A stretch of DNA of 64,000 nt. It comes from an uncultured Gemmataceae bacterium. GTDB lineage: Bacteria > Planctomycetota > Planctomycetia > Gemmatales > Gemmataceae. The notes under the pieces were generated by a model. It was not told where the DNA came from, made no database searches, and saw only the letters and a list, made by a program, of their open reading frames with translations. Below, in pieces: positions 22,379 to 33,379 of this stretch. The stretch is taken from assembly GCA_963750165.1 (NCBI GenBank), contig CAVVPN010000003.1:576001-640000 (forward strand), in the 5' to 3' direction. The position numbers and the translations under genes are program-made. Within the stretch, counting starts at the first letter, position 1, and every line of letters starts with the position of its first letter.

Positions 22379-23258
22379 GGTAATCCACCAGTTCGTCGGC
22401 GTGGTAACTGGAACGTACGAACGGCCCGGCCGACACTTTCTTGAAGCCCAGCGACCGCGCCAGCGCCGCCAGCCCGTCGAACTCCGCCGGCGGCAGGTAG
22501 CGCACCACCGGCACGTGTTTCAGCGTCGGCGTCAGGTACTGGCCCAGTGTCAGCATGTCGCAGGCCACCGCCCGCAGGTCCGCCAGCACGTCCAGCAATT
22601 CCTCCGTCGTCTCGCCCAGGCCGAGCATCAACCCCGTCTTCGTGAGCAGCCGCGGCTTGCGGCGCTTGACGTGGGCCAGCAAATCCAGACTGCGCTGGTA
22701 GTCCGCCCGGCCGCGCACCTTTTTGTAGAAGCGCGGCACCGTTTCCATGTTGTGATTGTAGACTTCCGGCTCCGCCTGCAGCACACGGTCAATCGCGGCG
22801 GTGTCGCCCAGGAAGTCCGGCGTCAGCACTTCCACCGCAGCCCCGGTGCGCTGCCGCACCGCCACGACGCAGCGGTAAAAATGGTCCGCGCCGCCATCGG
22901 GCAGATCGTCGCGCGTCACGGAGGTGATGACGACGTGCTTCAGCCCCAGCCGGGCGGACGCCTCGGCGACGCGGGCCGGCTCGTCATCCTCGACCGACTC
23001 GGGCACGCCGCGCGGCACCGAGCAGAAGCCGCAGGGCCGCGTGCAGACGTTGCCGAGGATCATGAACGTGGCGGTACGGCGAGCGTAGCACTCCGGCCGG
23101 TTGGGGCAGCGGGCGTTCTCGCACACCGTCTCCAGCCGCAGCTCGCGCAGCAGGTCGTGCGTAAAGAAGTTTTCGTTGCCGGCCGGCAGCGGCCGCTTGA
23201 GCCAGGACGGCAGGCGGCGTGGACTGGGCAGCGCATCAAGGACGGGCAGAGCACGCAT
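22353..23258 (-). CDS. lipA: Lipoyl synthase
   Basis: TVCENARCPNRPEC, CTRPCGFC and VRSSYHA motifs. Confidence 0.97.
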   Translation of the reverse strand: MRALPVLDALPSPRRLPSWLKRPLPAGNENFFTHDLLRELRLETVCENARCPNRPECYARRTATFMILGNVCTRPCGFCSVPRGVPESVEDDEPARVAEASARLGLKHVVITSVTRDDLPDGGADHFYRCVVAVRQRTGAAVEVLTPDFLGDTAAIDRVLQAEPEVYNHNMETVPRFYKKVRGRADYQRSLDLLAHVKRRKPRLLTKTGLMLGLGETTEELLDVLADLRAVACDMLTLGQYLTPTLKHVPVVRYLPPAEFDGLAALARSLGFKKVSAGPFVRSSYHADELVDYHADAHPVA

Positions 23259-23997
23259 CGGCGGCGGCCTTTCGACGGAGCGACAGGTGGTTGGTAAACA
23301 GGTGCGTCTCGGTAAACCCGAGGCGGGCGCTCACCAACTCGATGATGCGCTGGCGGACCAGCGCCGGCCGCACCGGGCCGCGCCGCTCACGCTCCAGCGA
23401 GGTCATCGGCGGCTCGCCGGCGCCCCCGCAGCGCACCAGGCGGAATGGAGTTAAAGCGGGGTTGATGTTGAGGACGATACCAGAGAAGGTGACCCAGCCG
23501 CGCACCGCCACGCCCACGTCGGCGAGCAGCCGATCCTGCACCCAGACGCCCGGCCGCCCGGGGCGAGTGGCTCCGGTCAGGCCCAGATCGTCCAGCAGCG
23601 CCAGGATCACGTCCTGCAGGCGCTCCAGGTAAGCGGGCAGGGACAGGCCGAGTTGGTCGAGCGCGACCACGGGGTAGACCGCCAACTGGCCGGGCTGGTG
23701 CAGCACACAACCGCCGCCGCGGTTGACCCAGCGCACGCGCCACTGCCGGGCGCGCAGTTCGTCGGGGCCGCACAGGATGTGGGCGTGACTGCCCTGACGA
23801 CCGACAGTAATCAGCGGTGGGTGTTCGCACAGCAGCAGGGCGCCGCGACGGCGGTCGCCGGCCACCTCAAAGGCCAGCCGCCGCTGCAATGCCTGTGCAT
23901 CCTCGAACGGCAATGTGCCGAGCAGATACGCCTGCAGGGTGCGGGTGGCGGCCTGGGTGTCGCTCGTAGCCGGTGGCAGGGGTGAGGGATCAAGCAC
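23236..23997 (-). CDS. lipB: Lipoyl(octanoyl) transferase
   Basis: LLCEHPPLITVGR and NRGGGCVLHQPGQL motifs; start uncertain. Confidence 0.85.
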   Translation of the reverse strand: MLDPSPLPPATSDTQAATRTLQAYLLGTLPFEDAQALQRRLAFEVAGDRRRGALLLCEHPPLITVGRQGSHAHILCGPDELRARQWRVRWVNRGGGCVLHQPGQLAVYPVVALDQLGLSLPAYLERLQDVILALLDDLGLTGATRPGRPGVWVQDRLLADVGVAVRGWVTFSGIVLNINPALTPFRLVRCGGAGEPPMTSLERERRGPVRPALVRQRIIELVSARLGFTETHLFTNHLSLRRKAAADACSARP

Positions 23998-24352
23998 GTC
24001 CGTTCGGTCCTGATTACAGTTTCCTGGTGCGGGCGGCGCCGGTAGAATGTGGGCAACAGGCGCTGTCCTGAAGTACATTGGTGATTAATGTAGCAACGGG
24101 CGCGGCGGGCGGACAAGCGCAATCCGCAGGGGCCGGCGCCCGGGCAGACTGGGGCGGGTGCGAAAACTCGGGCCGGAGTGCCGGTCACCACAACCGTCGG
24201 GGCGACCCTCGGCGAGCGGCCGGGAAAAAATGGGCGGCGTCGCCAGCCGGGCCGGGCCATAATGAAGTGTGCTTACCCCACGGGCGCCGTCGCCCGAATG
24301 CGCCCGAGCCGAGACCGCTTCCACTTTGCCACGCGCACCGGAGGGTTGGACC

Positions 24353-26113
24353 ATGAACATCCTGAAGCCGTCGCACCGGTTACCCTGGGCCGTAGGAACG
24401 CTGTTGTTGGTGCTGGCGGTCAGCCGCGGCGTTGCTCAGCTGCCGGAAACGACAGGCGATCCCGTGGAGGATTTGCGCCTGGCGCTGGCCGTCTACGTGG
24501 GCGATGACAAGGAAGACGCGCTGAAGGTCCGCAAGGAAAAGTTGCTCAAAAAAGCGGCGGCCCTGAAGACGCTCGGCCAGTTGCGCAAGGCACTGAGTAT
24601 GACTGAGTGGAAAGACACCACCGGCATTTCGATTCCCCTGCAAGAGGTGGACCGCGAGGTGCGCAAGTCCATCGGCGACCGCCTGACGGCGGGCATTGAG
24701 GCGGTGGCTGCCAAAGGCGAGCCGGCTTACAAGGTCGCGGTGGCCACCATGGTCGGCGAGATGGGGGCAACAGTGCGCAGCACCGACCCGAAGGATCTCG
24801 GCGGCTTCGCCCGCAGTCTGGCCCCGACGCTCATCAAGCTGAGCCGGGATCCGGACCCGGCGGTGCGCGTGGCCGCGGTGGCGGCCCTGGGCAAGATCAA
24901 CCCGGCCCCCACGCCAGTGGTGGACGCTCTGAAAGCGCGGCTTAGCAAGGACGACGCGCCGCAGCGGCGCGCCGCGGCCGACGCCCTGCTCAACCTGGTC
25001 CGCACCGTCTACCAGTTGCAAAAGAGCCAGTCGCGCGGCGGCATTGAGGTCGAGCCCGGCGATGTGGTCGCCGCCGCCGCCGCGGTGGTGCCGCTGGCGG
25101 CCCAGGCTCTGAACGACCCGGACGTGTACGTGCGCCGCTTCAGCCAGGATGCCTTGTTGCAGTCCGTCTCCGCGCTGAACGAACTGGTCCCGCAGCCGTT
25201 CAAGGCCGCTGATTTTCCGTCCCGTGACCGGCCCTGGTCGGACGACGAGATCAAGGATTACCTGGACAAGGCCAAGGAGGTTCTGAACCGGGAAGCGACG
25301 CTGCAACCGCTCGTCAATGCGCTGCAGAAGCAGGGGCCGGCGCTGGCGAAATCGCTCGTCGATCCGGACCTGCAGGTGCGCGTGCTGGCGCGGCGGACGC
25401 TGGAGACGACGGCCCTGGGCCGGTTGCGGATGCGGCAACTGGCGGCCAGCATCCCGTCGCGGCCGGACGGGCCGAAGTTCGACGCGCTGGTCAACGATCG
25501 CCTGTTCGCCACAGTGCGGCCGGGCATGGAGGTGATCGCTCACCGGATGAGCGACCCGGACGTGCGTGTGCGGCGGGCATCGATTGATTTTCTGGAGACG
25601 CTGGAAGACGCGGCCGCGCCGGCGGTGCCGCGGCTGGCCCAGGCTTTGGAGGACCGAGACCGCTTCGTGCGCTGGTCGGCGGCGCGGGCACTGGGCCGCG
25701 TCGGCCCGGTGCAGACAGACATAACGGTGCCGCGGCTGGCGCAGCTGGTGGGCGATAGCGATCTGGACGTGAGCCAGGCCGCGTCCTCGACGTTGGAGCG
25801 CTACGGGCTGGCCGCCCGGTCGGCGGTGCCGGCGCTGGTGCGCTACCTCACCGTGCGCCGCGACGCAGATGTGCGCGTCGCCATCATTTACGCGCTGGTG
25901 AGCGCGGGCAGCAAGGACGGCCCATCGGTCGTGCCGGCGCTGGCGGCGGCGCTGACGGACCCGGAAGTGCGGCTGCGGCGAACCGCCGCGGAGGCGCTGG
26001 GGCATTTCGGTACCTCCGCCCTCCCCGCCGAGCCTGCCCTGCGGCGCAGCCTGTATGACGAGGATCCCGACGTGCGCCGCGCGGCCAGCGATGCCCTGCT
26101 GAGCATCAAGTAG
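24353..26113 (+). CDS. Secreted HEAT-repeat protein
   Basis: Signal peptide after a GGAGG RBS; repeated 'DPDxxVRxxAAxALG'. Confidence 0.88.
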   Translation: MNILKPSHRLPWAVGTLLLVLAVSRGVAQLPETTGDPVEDLRLALAVYVGDDKEDALKVRKEKLLKKAAALKTLGQLRKALSMTEWKDTTGISIPLQEVDREVRKSIGDRLTAGIEAVAAKGEPAYKVAVATMVGEMGATVRSTDPKDLGGFARSLAPTLIKLSRDPDPAVRVAAVAALGKINPAPTPVVDALKARLSKDDAPQRRAAADALLNLVRTVYQLQKSQSRGGIEVEPGDVVAAAAAVVPLAAQALNDPDVYVRRFSQDALLQSVSALNELVPQPFKAADFPSRDRPWSDDEIKDYLDKAKEVLNREATLQPLVNALQKQGPALAKSLVDPDLQVRVLARRTLETTALGRLRMRQLAASIPSRPDGPKFDALVNDRLFATVRPGMEVIAHRMSDPDVRVRRASIDFLETLEDAAAPAVPRLAQALEDRDRFVRWSAARALGRVGPVQTDITVPRLAQLVGDSDLDVSQAASSTLERYGLAARSAVPALVRYLTVRRDADVRVAIIYALVSAGSKDGPSVVPALAAALTDPEVRLRRTAAEALGHFGTSALPAEPALRRSLYDEDPDVRRAASDALLSIK

Positions 26114-26127
26114 CCGGCTCCGTTCGA

Positions 26128-26194
26128 GGTTGGTCGGAGCCCGAGCGCCAGCGAGGGGCACATTCGCTACCTCGCTGGCGCTCGGGCTCCAACC
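26128..26194. repeat. REP palindrome family A (CCCGAGCGCCAGCGAGG...CCTCGCTGGCGCTCGGG)
   Basis: Between convergent genes; further copies at 38388-38455, 41872-41920 and 44758-44799. Confidence 0.9.
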
Positions 26195-26206
26195 CATACC
26201 CTTCTC

Positions 26207-27220
26207 TCACACCTCCCGTCCCTTGTACAACTGCTTGCCCAGCACCGGGTCGCGCGCCGTGAAGTCGCCCGCCTCCTTATCGCGCGTCAGGCAGCGCACG
26301 TACATCTCCAGCTTGGCGTCGAGGTCGTCGGCGTGGTGGATGATGAGCGCCTCCGGCACCAGTGGCAACCGCGGTGAGCCCCACTCCGGCAGCGTCAGGT
26401 GCGTCACGATGATGTGCTCCAGCAGTTGCAGCAGTTCCGGGTTGAGGTCGGGCACCTCGCGGGCGGCGTCGCGCACCAGGTCGCGCCCCAAAAACAGATG
26501 GCCGAACAGCCGGCCCGGCACCGTCTGCAGCACCGCCACGGGGTCGTCCGTGAACTCCGCGACGCGGCCGAGGTCGTGCAGGATCGCGGCCGCCACCACC
26601 AGATCGCGGTTCAGCGGCGGTTGCAACTCCGTGTAGCGCGCGGCGTACGTCTCGACCAGGTTCAGGCTGATGTGCGTGACCGACAGCAGGTGTTCGAGCA
26701 GGCCGCCGCAGAACGGGTAGAAGTTGCGCTGCGTCGCCGGCAGCCGCTTGAGCGGTTCGGCGTGGCGCTCCAGCAACGTCAGCACCAGCCGGCGCAACGG
26801 TTCGTCGGCGATGTGCTTCTCCGCCAGGTTGCGCACCTCGGTGAGCATCGCGTCGCTGTCGTAGCGCGAACGTTCCACCAGGTCCGCCGGGTCGAAGCCG
26901 TCGGCGCGGTCGGCGTCGGTCACCGGCCGCAGGTTGTGGATGTCGATCTGCGGTCCGTAGCGCTCGTGCTCCGTGAAGGTGCCGCGGACCTTGTAGAAGT
27001 GGCCCTCATGCCAGTCCGTTTCGCACGCCTCGAACCAGGGGCCGTCCGCCCAGACCATGACGGACGCGGTACGGCGGGCGTCGCGAAAGCGGCAGGCGTA
27101 GAAGGGTTTGCCGTCGCGCGTCTGGCCGCGGGTGCGCTCGGCCAGCAGCACGAAGCAGTCGCCAGACTGGCCGGCGGTCATTTCACTCAGGCGGGTCAGG
27201 GGCGGCTTGGCACGGACCAC
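26207..27220 (-). CDS. YhaM/Cbf-like OB-fold + HD domain 3'-5' exoribonuclease family protein
   Basis: TRDGKPF OB-fold region; GGLLEH, ILHDLG and IHHADDLDAK motifs. Confidence 0.85.
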   Translation of the reverse strand: MVRAKPPLTRLSEMTAGQSGDCFVLLAERTRGQTRDGKPFYACRFRDARRTASVMVWADGPWFEACETDWHEGHFYKVRGTFTEHERYGPQIDIHNLRPVTDADRADGFDPADLVERSRYDSDAMLTEVRNLAEKHIADEPLRRLVLTLLERHAEPLKRLPATQRNFYPFCGGLLEHLLSVTHISLNLVETYAARYTELQPPLNRDLVVAAAILHDLGRVAEFTDDPVAVLQTVPGRLFGHLFLGRDLVRDAAREVPDLNPELLQLLEHIIVTHLTLPEWGSPRLPLVPEALIIHHADDLDAKLEMYVRCLTRDKEAGDFTARDPVLGKQLYKGREV

Positions 27221-27240
27221 GACAGCCTCGCAAAAAAGAG

Positions 27241-27379
27241 AATCACGAAAGCACGAAAGAACGAAAACACGAAAAAGACAAGAAAAAAGAGAGGGGGACA
27301 ACCCTGCTGCCGGCCCCCTCTGATTATTTTATGTCTTTTTCGTGGTTTCGTGGTTTCGTGCTTTCGTGCTTTCGTGATT
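27241..27379. repeat. Inverted repeat built from CACGAAA units; possible terminator after clpX
   Basis: AATCACGAAAGCACGAAA...TTTCGTGCTTTCGTGATT with an inner AGAGGGGG/CCCCCTCT stem. Confidence 0.85.
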
Positions 27380-27383
27380 TGTC

Positions 27384-28682
27384 TTATGCGCTCTTCTTGT
27401 CGGTGGCGGGTTTGTTCTCGAACAACGGCTGTTCGCCGCGCACCACCGCGTCGGTCACGGTGTACTTGCCTTTGTGCTCCATGTCCGGCAACTCGAACAT
27501 GATGTCCGTCATGATCTCCTCGACGATGCTGCGCAGGCCGCGGGCTCCCGTGTCGCGCTCACGGGCCTTGTGCGCGATCGCCTGCAGCGCCTGCGTCGAA
27601 AACTCCAGCTCCGCCCCCTCCATCTCGAACAGCTTCTGGTACTGCCGCACCAGCGCGTTGCGCGGCTCCGTCAGAATCTTGATGAGGGCGTCCTCGTCCA
27701 GCGGCGCCAGCGGCACCAGCACCGGCAGGCGGCCGATGAACTCCGGAATCATGCCGAACTCCAGCAGATCGTCGCTCGTCACCTGCATGAGCAATTCGCC
27801 CATCTTCTGCTCGTTCGACTGACCGCTGCCGAAGCCGAAACTGCCGCGGCCCACCCGCCGCGAAATGATGTTGTCCAGCCCGACGAAGGTGCCGCCGCAG
27901 ATGAACAGAATGTTCGTTGTATCCACCTGAATGTATTGCTGCTCGGGGTGCTTGCGGCCGCCCTGAGGCGGTACGTTGCTGACGGTGCCTTCGAGCATCT
28001 TCAGCAGCGCCTGTTGCACCCCCTCGCCGGACACGTCGCGCGTGATGCTGACGTTCTGGCTCGTCTTGGCGATCTTGTCCACCTCGTCAATGTAGACGAT
28101 GCCGCGCTGCGCCGACTCAATGTCGAAGTCGGCGGAATGCAGCAGTTTCAGCAGCAGGTTCTCCACGTCCTCGCCGACGTAGCCAGCCTCGGTCAGCGTT
28201 GTGGCGTCGCCGATGGCGAACGGCACGTCAAGGATCTTGGCCAGCGTCCGGGCCAGCAGCGTCTTGCCGCTGCCGGTCGGGCCGATCAACAGGATGTTAC
28301 TTTTGTCCACTTCCACGTCGCGGTGGCCCTCGTCACCCAGGCTGAGCCGCTTGTAGTGGTTGTGGACCGACACCGCCAGCGCCTTCTTGGCGCGGCTCTG
28401 GCCGATGACGTACTGGTCGAGTTTGTCCTTGATGGAGCGCGGCGACGGGATGTTGGTCACCAGGCTTTTGTTGACGCCGCGACGGCGTTTTTCCTGCTCG
28501 ATAATCTGCTGGCACAATTCGATGCACTCGCCGCAGATGTACACGTCGCCGGGGCCCTCCACCAGGGGCCCGACATCGCGATAACTCTTGCGACAGAAGG
28601 AACAGTAGGCATTCCGGTTCCGTCCCGTGCTGCCGGTCGGCCGTCGGCCACTGTTCCCCGCGCCGGAGTCTTTGCTCGCCAT
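27384..28682 (-). CDS. clpX: ATP-dependent Clp protease ATP-binding subunit
   Basis: CSFC zinc finger, [22 protein letters not shown] and GGRKHP motifs. Confidence 0.98.
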   Translation of the reverse strand: MASKDSGAGNSGRRPTGSTGRNRNAYCSFCRKSYRDVGPLVEGPGDVYICGECIELCQQIIEQEKRRRGVNKSLVTNIPSPRSIKDKLDQYVIGQSRAKKALAVSVHNHYKRLSLGDEGHRDVEVDKSNILLIGPTGSGKTLLARTLAKILDVPFAIGDATTLTEAGYVGEDVENLLLKLLHSADFDIESAQRGIVYIDEVDKIAKTSQNVSITRDVSGEGVQQALLKMLEGTVSNVPPQGGRKHPEQQYIQVDTTNILFICGGTFVGLDNIISRRVGRGSFGFGSGQSNEQKMGELLMQVTSDDLLEFGMIPEFIGRLPVLVPLAPLDEDALIKILTEPRNALVRQYQKLFEMEGAELEFSTQALQAIAHKARERDTGARGLRSIVEEIMTDIMFELPDMEHKGKYTVTDAVVRGEQPLFENKPATDKKSA

Positions 28683-28894
28683 TCCATCTCCTTCGCTCAC
28701 GCAGGCCCGAACTCGCAGGAGGTCGGGGTCAAGGTTTTCGTTGGGCTTGCGGTTGCGGGCCCCGTCTGTCGCCGACCGCAGCGCCCCCCGGGGCGAGGCG
28801 CACTTTTGCCATTCGGCGGATTCCTGTTCCGAATTCTACGACTCCGCAGACAGGCACGCAAGCAAGAAACGCCATTGGGCCTTAAGCGCCGCGC

Positions 28895-29176
28895 TCAGGA
28901 CCGGTCCTGTCCCGCCGGCCGGTCGGCCCGCACGGCGTCCGCCGACCCGGGCGGAGGCTGTTCCCCCGTGCCGAGCGCTGCCCGGATGCGCTCCAGCTCG
29001 GCGGCGCTCAATTCGCCCTGTTCGTATAGCCGCTGGAACTGCTCCAGTTGCTCCGCGGGCGTCGGGCCGGGCGTCACCCGCTGTTTTCGCCAGTCGCGCA
29101 CGGCGCGTACCGTCAACCAGCCCGTCACCAGGGCCCCCAGGAGGATGGTCCAGGTAATCAACAGTTCCGGTGTCAT
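28895..29176 (-). CDS. Small membrane protein with SHOCT-like domain
   Basis: N-terminal TM segment; LEQFQRLYEQGELSAAELERI. Confidence 0.7.
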   Translation of the reverse strand: MTPELLITWTILLGALVTGWLTVRAVRDWRKQRVTPGPTPAEQLEQFQRLYEQGELSAAELERIRAALGTGEQPPPGSADAVRADRPAGQDRS

Positions 29177-29474
29177 CGGGACAGGGGTTCAGGGTCGGGC
29201 ACCCGTGGACAGGGGCGGCAAGTAGCGGTCACAGCCGGGGCCGCCGAGGCCGCGTCGGTCGTGCTCTATTATAGCGCCGGCTTTGGCCGTCCGGGGAAAT
29301 TCTCGTGGCCCAGGCCGCCCACGGTTCGGCACCGGCCCCCGCAAAGCGTGCATGATGTGCGCCCTTGCCGCGGCTGGCGCCGTCCGCGCTCCCATCCTTG
29401 GCGACGGCCGGTTGCCGCATAGGTTAGCTGTGGAGCCTTCGATTTCAAGTTCTCGCCGCGCCTCAGGCTGTCTC

Positions 29475-30035
29475 ATGACACGCACCCTCACCACGTTGTC
29501 CGGCATCCTTCTGCTAGCGCTGGCCGTGACCTTTGTGCTCGGCTGGCTGTCGTTCTTCGCCGACCCAACCTCCGTCTGGAAAAAAGACCTGTTTATCGTG
29601 CATTTCACCCTCGGGCTGATGAGCGCGCTCGGGGCGTTGCTGGTGCATTGCCTGATTTTCACCTATTTCCTGGGCACCGGCCGCTGGGTCAAGGAGGTGG
29701 GGATGGCGTACCATCTGGCGGACGAGCGCTGGCCGCGCGAGACGCGCGAACTGAAGCGCACCGTGTTCCCGCCGGCGCTGTACGCCATGCTCATCACCAT
29801 CGCCACCGTCGCGGCCGGCGCCGGCAGCCAGCTGCGGGTCTGGCACTGGGGCATTCACCTGACGCTGGCGACGCTGACGCTGGTCATCAACATCTGGGCG
29901 TTCCGCGTCGAGTTCCGCACCGTGTCGCGCAACGCGGCGCTGATTGGCGAGGTGATGGCGGAGGTGGACCGCATCCGCGCAGCGCACGGCCTGCCCAGCA
30001 ATGCCGAGGCGCTGCAACAGGAGGAAGTATTGTAG
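29475..30035 (+). CDS. Four-TM hypothetical membrane protein
   Basis: Hydrophobic segments with His residues; FTYFLGTGRWVKE. Confidence 0.8.
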   Translation: MTRTLTTLSGILLLALAVTFVLGWLSFFADPTSVWKKDLFIVHFTLGLMSALGALLVHCLIFTYFLGTGRWVKEVGMAYHLADERWPRETRELKRTVFPPALYAMLITIATVAAGAGSQLRVWHWGIHLTLATLTLVINIWAFRVEFRTVSRNAALIGEVMAEVDRIRAAHGLPSNAEALQQEEVL

Positions 30036-30099
30036 TGCGGGTGGCCCACCTGCGCAACCGCCATGCAGGCGCGACGCCTGCATCATGGAAGCAAGCCCC

Positions 30100-31410
30100 T
30101 CAGACGCACGCTGCAATGGAGGGGCGCACCTCCTGGGCCGCTCGCGCCAGTCGCCGTACCGCCTCGCGCAGCTGGGCCGGCGCCGCAACGCCGAAGCTCA
30201 GCCGCGCCTCGTTGGTCGGCATCGCTCCGTCGTCCGCGGCCGGCACATGGCAGAACTGGCCCGGCACGTACAGCACCCCCTCCCGCAGCGCCGCCCGCAT
30301 CAACCGGCTGTCCGGCCCCGTCTCCACCCCCGGTGGGAAGCGCAACCAGACATACAACCCGCCGTCGGGCCGCGTCCACTGCACCTCCGGCCAAGCATCA
30401 ACACCCTCATGGAACTCCGCGGTCAGCGCCGCGCTGATGGCCTTCAACTTATTGCGGTAGACGCCGCACAGGTGGGCGACGTGCTGATCGTATCGGCCGG
30501 TTTCCAGCAGACGGTCGAGCAGGTGCTGCGTCAGGTTGTTGGAGCCGAAATCGTGGTTGCCCTTGAGCCGCAGCACGGGCTCCATCAGGCCCTGCGGCAG
30601 CACGCCGTAACCGGTCTTCAGGCCGGGGGCGCACGGCTTGGAGAACGTCATGCCGAGGATGACGTGGTGGTTGTCGGCGTCGAAGCTCTTGATGCTCGGC
30701 AGATCGGGGCCGTCGTAGCGCAGCTCGCGGTAGGCGGCGTCCTCCAGGATGAGGAGGCGGTACGCGCGGCTGTAGCGCTGGGCCAGTTCCAGCAGGTGCC
30801 GGCGGCGCGGCAGCGACAGCGTCAGGCCGGTCGGGTTCTGAAAGTAATCGCAGACGTAGAGCAGCCGCACACGGTGCAGCTCGCCCGTCCGCTCCAGGCG
30901 CTGCAGCAGGTTCTCCAGGGCGTCGGTGTTCATGCCGTCGGCGTCCATTGGCACGGCCAGGGTACGCACCCCCAGGCTGGTCAGCGTGCCCTGGTAGACG
31001 AAGTAGGACGGCGCCTCGGTGATGACGATGTCGCCGGGGTCGAGCAACGCCTCGCCGACCAGGTACAGCAGCTGCTGCGAGCCGGTGGTGATGACGACAT
31101 CATCCGCAGTCAGCGACAGCTCGGCGGGGGTGAGGTCGTCGAGAGCGGCGGTGCGGGCCAGGAGTCGGTCGCGCAGCGCCGCGTAGCCCTGAGTGGTGCC
31201 GTACTGCAGGGCGGCACGAGCGGTGGTGGGGCGGCCGAGCAGGTCGCCGGCCACGGCGTTGACCTCGGCGGCGGGCAGTGATTCGGCATCGACCAGGCCG
31301 GCGGCCAGGCTAATCAGGTGGGGGTTTTCCACGGCCTGCTTCATGAAGTAGCTGATCGGCTGGTCGGCGGTCTGCCGGGCTCGCACGGACAACGGAAGCG
31401 CTGCGCCCAT
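30100..31410 (-). CDS. PLP-dependent aminotransferase (class I/II)
   Basis: TTGSQQ, FQNPTG, EDAAYREL, TFSKPCAPGLKTG and RLSFG motifs. Confidence 0.93.
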   Translation of the reverse strand: MGAALPLSVRARQTADQPISYFMKQAVENPHLISLAAGLVDAESLPAAEVNAVAGDLLGRPTTARAALQYGTTQGYAALRDRLLARTAALDDLTPAELSLTADDVVITTGSQQLLYLVGEALLDPGDIVITEAPSYFVYQGTLTSLGVRTLAVPMDADGMNTDALENLLQRLERTGELHRVRLLYVCDYFQNPTGLTLSLPRRRHLLELAQRYSRAYRLLILEDAAYRELRYDGPDLPSIKSFDADNHHVILGMTFSKPCAPGLKTGYGVLPQGLMEPVLRLKGNHDFGSNNLTQHLLDRLLETGRYDQHVAHLCGVYRNKLKAISAALTAEFHEGVDAWPEVQWTRPDGGLYVWLRFPPGVETGPDSRLMRAALREGVLYVPGQFCHVPAADDGAMPTNEARLSFGVAAPAQLREAVRRLARAAQEVRPSIAACV

Positions 31411-31631
31411 GAATCGAATCCTCGTACTTCACGAAAAAAGCCCTGGCGGCGCCAGGGCGTCATTGAAGGGTATCACGAAAGCGCAGGGCGGACAAGTTCC
31501 CTCAGCGCGCCGCCACCCTCCTGCCGCGAACCGACCCGTCCGTTTTGTCGCGAACCCGGCGCGGTCGGTCGGGGTTTCATCCCTGAACGCGCCGCGGGTC
31601 CGCGGCCGACACACCATGACCGGAGGACGCC

Positions 31632-32710
31632 ATGCAACCATTAGTCCGCTCCCTCCTCGCGCTGCCGCTGCTCGGCCTGTTGGCGCTGCCGGCCGCCGCC
31701 CAGCCGCCGCCCACCCAGCCACCGGTGGCCGCGACCGTCGAGACGACCTTGAAGACCGCCGGCAAGCAAATCCGCATGTACGCCTTCGACGGCGACCCCA
31801 ACACCTACTTCGCCTCGGCGACCCCGCCCACGGCCGCCGACCACTTCACGCTTGTGTTCGACAAACCCGTCGCCCTGAAGGCGGTCACGGTCCGCACCGG
31901 CAAGCCCGGCGGCGGCGACCAGCTCGACGCCGGCACCCTCGAAATCTCCGCCGACGGCAAAACGTTCGCACCGCTGGCGCAGTTCGCCGGCGGCACCGCC
32001 AGCGCCAAACCGGCCGGCAAGGCGGTCAAGGCGCTGCGCCTCCGCCCGGCCGCCGACCTGAAGCACCCCCTGGTCGTGCGCGAAATCGCCCTCGAATCGA
32101 CGCCGGCCGTGACGGTGTTCAAGTACCCGGTCGAGTTCGTCGTGGATGTGCGCAACGCGCCGGACCTGAAGGAATGGGCCGAGAAGGTGGCCCGGCTCTG
32201 CGAACGCTGGTATCCGCTCATCAACGAGGAACTCAAGAGCGAGGGTTACAAACCGCCGACCGTGGTGACAATGGCGCTCAAGAGCAATTACAAGGGCGTG
32301 GCGGCGGCGGGCGGCGGCCGCATCACCGGCTCGGTGAGCTACTTCAAGAAGCGGCCCGGCGACGTGGGGGCGATGATTCACGAGACAGTCCACATCGTGC
32401 AGCAGTACCGGACGCGCGGCAACCCGGGCTGGCTGGTCGAGGGCATCGCCGACTACATCCGCTTCTTCAAGTACGAGCCAGGCAAGATCGGCAAAATCAA
32501 CCCGGCGACGGCCAAATACAACGGCAGCTACCGCGTCAGCGCCGCCTTCCTGGCGTACCTGACCGAGAAGTACGACCGCGACATCGTGCGCAAGCTCAAC
32601 AAGATGATGCGCGAGGGCGAGTACAACGAGGCCGTCTTCAAAAAGCTGACCAAGAAAACCCTCCCGGAACTGGGCAAGGAGTGGCAGCAGTCGCTGCGCG
32701 CCCGAAGGAT
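31632..32710 (+). CDS. Secreted basic secretory protein (BSP) family peptidase-like protein with N-terminal discoidin-like domain; true stop uncertain
   Basis: Signal peptide; AFDGDPNTYF; HETVH and WLVEGIADYIR motifs. The ORF tail to 33209 runs through repeats. Confidence 0.82.
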
Positions 32711-33000
32711 GCGGCGGCGCGGGCTGACCGCGCCGCCTTCGTGGGGCACGTGGCCTGGCTCTCCCGAACCGTGGAGGATCGACACGGCCTGGGAGAGCCG
32801 TGCGCTGGTGGTCGGGGGCCTTGAACCGCCCCAGCGGAGGAGGCAACACCATCCGCAAAGGCTTGCGCGAGTTGACGCGAAGCGGTTTGCGGCAAAGGTC
32901 TCCGCGCCGCCGATGCCGGACGCTGTGCCGCAGCGCTTCGCGGCGTGCAGTGCCAGCGGTTGGATGGCACTGCACGGCTCGCGGTGGCGAAGCCTGACCG

Positions 33001-33167
33001 AGCAAGGGGGCCAAGGAGGCCAAGGGGGCCAACTTTTTCACACGTCGAGAGTTGGCGCCCTGGCCCCGTGGAGATGGCACGGCGCGACAAAAAACGGCGG
33101 CAGTTGCCACAGCAAGAACGCCAAGGACGCCAAGAACGCCAACTTTTTCACACGTCGAGATCTCGGC
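33001..33167 (+). repeat. Two tandem copies (110 bp period) of the GCCAACTTTTTCACACGTCGAGA repeat
   Basis: Cores at ~33028 and ~33138 match the copy at ~12898. Confidence 0.8.
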
Positions 33168-33379
33168 ACCCCCGGAGACTCAATCGACCGGTTCCGGCTG
33201 CATGGGTGACTTGACCAATTCCGTACCGATCGACACGATGTCCCTGGGACAGCCGGGAGTGCAGTCGAGTGAGATCCGACGCATTCTGGCTTCTGGGGGG
33301 AGGTGGGTCCATGATGGGAAGGTGAGGTTTACGAAGCCATGACACGTTTCCGAGCCCTGCTGAAAGAAGGAGGTCGCCG

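Noticed and set aside
32710..33209. C-terminal extension of the BSP protein
   Set aside because: It translates a REP-like hairpin and dispersed repeats; probably read-through from a lost or miscalled stop beside GCGC.
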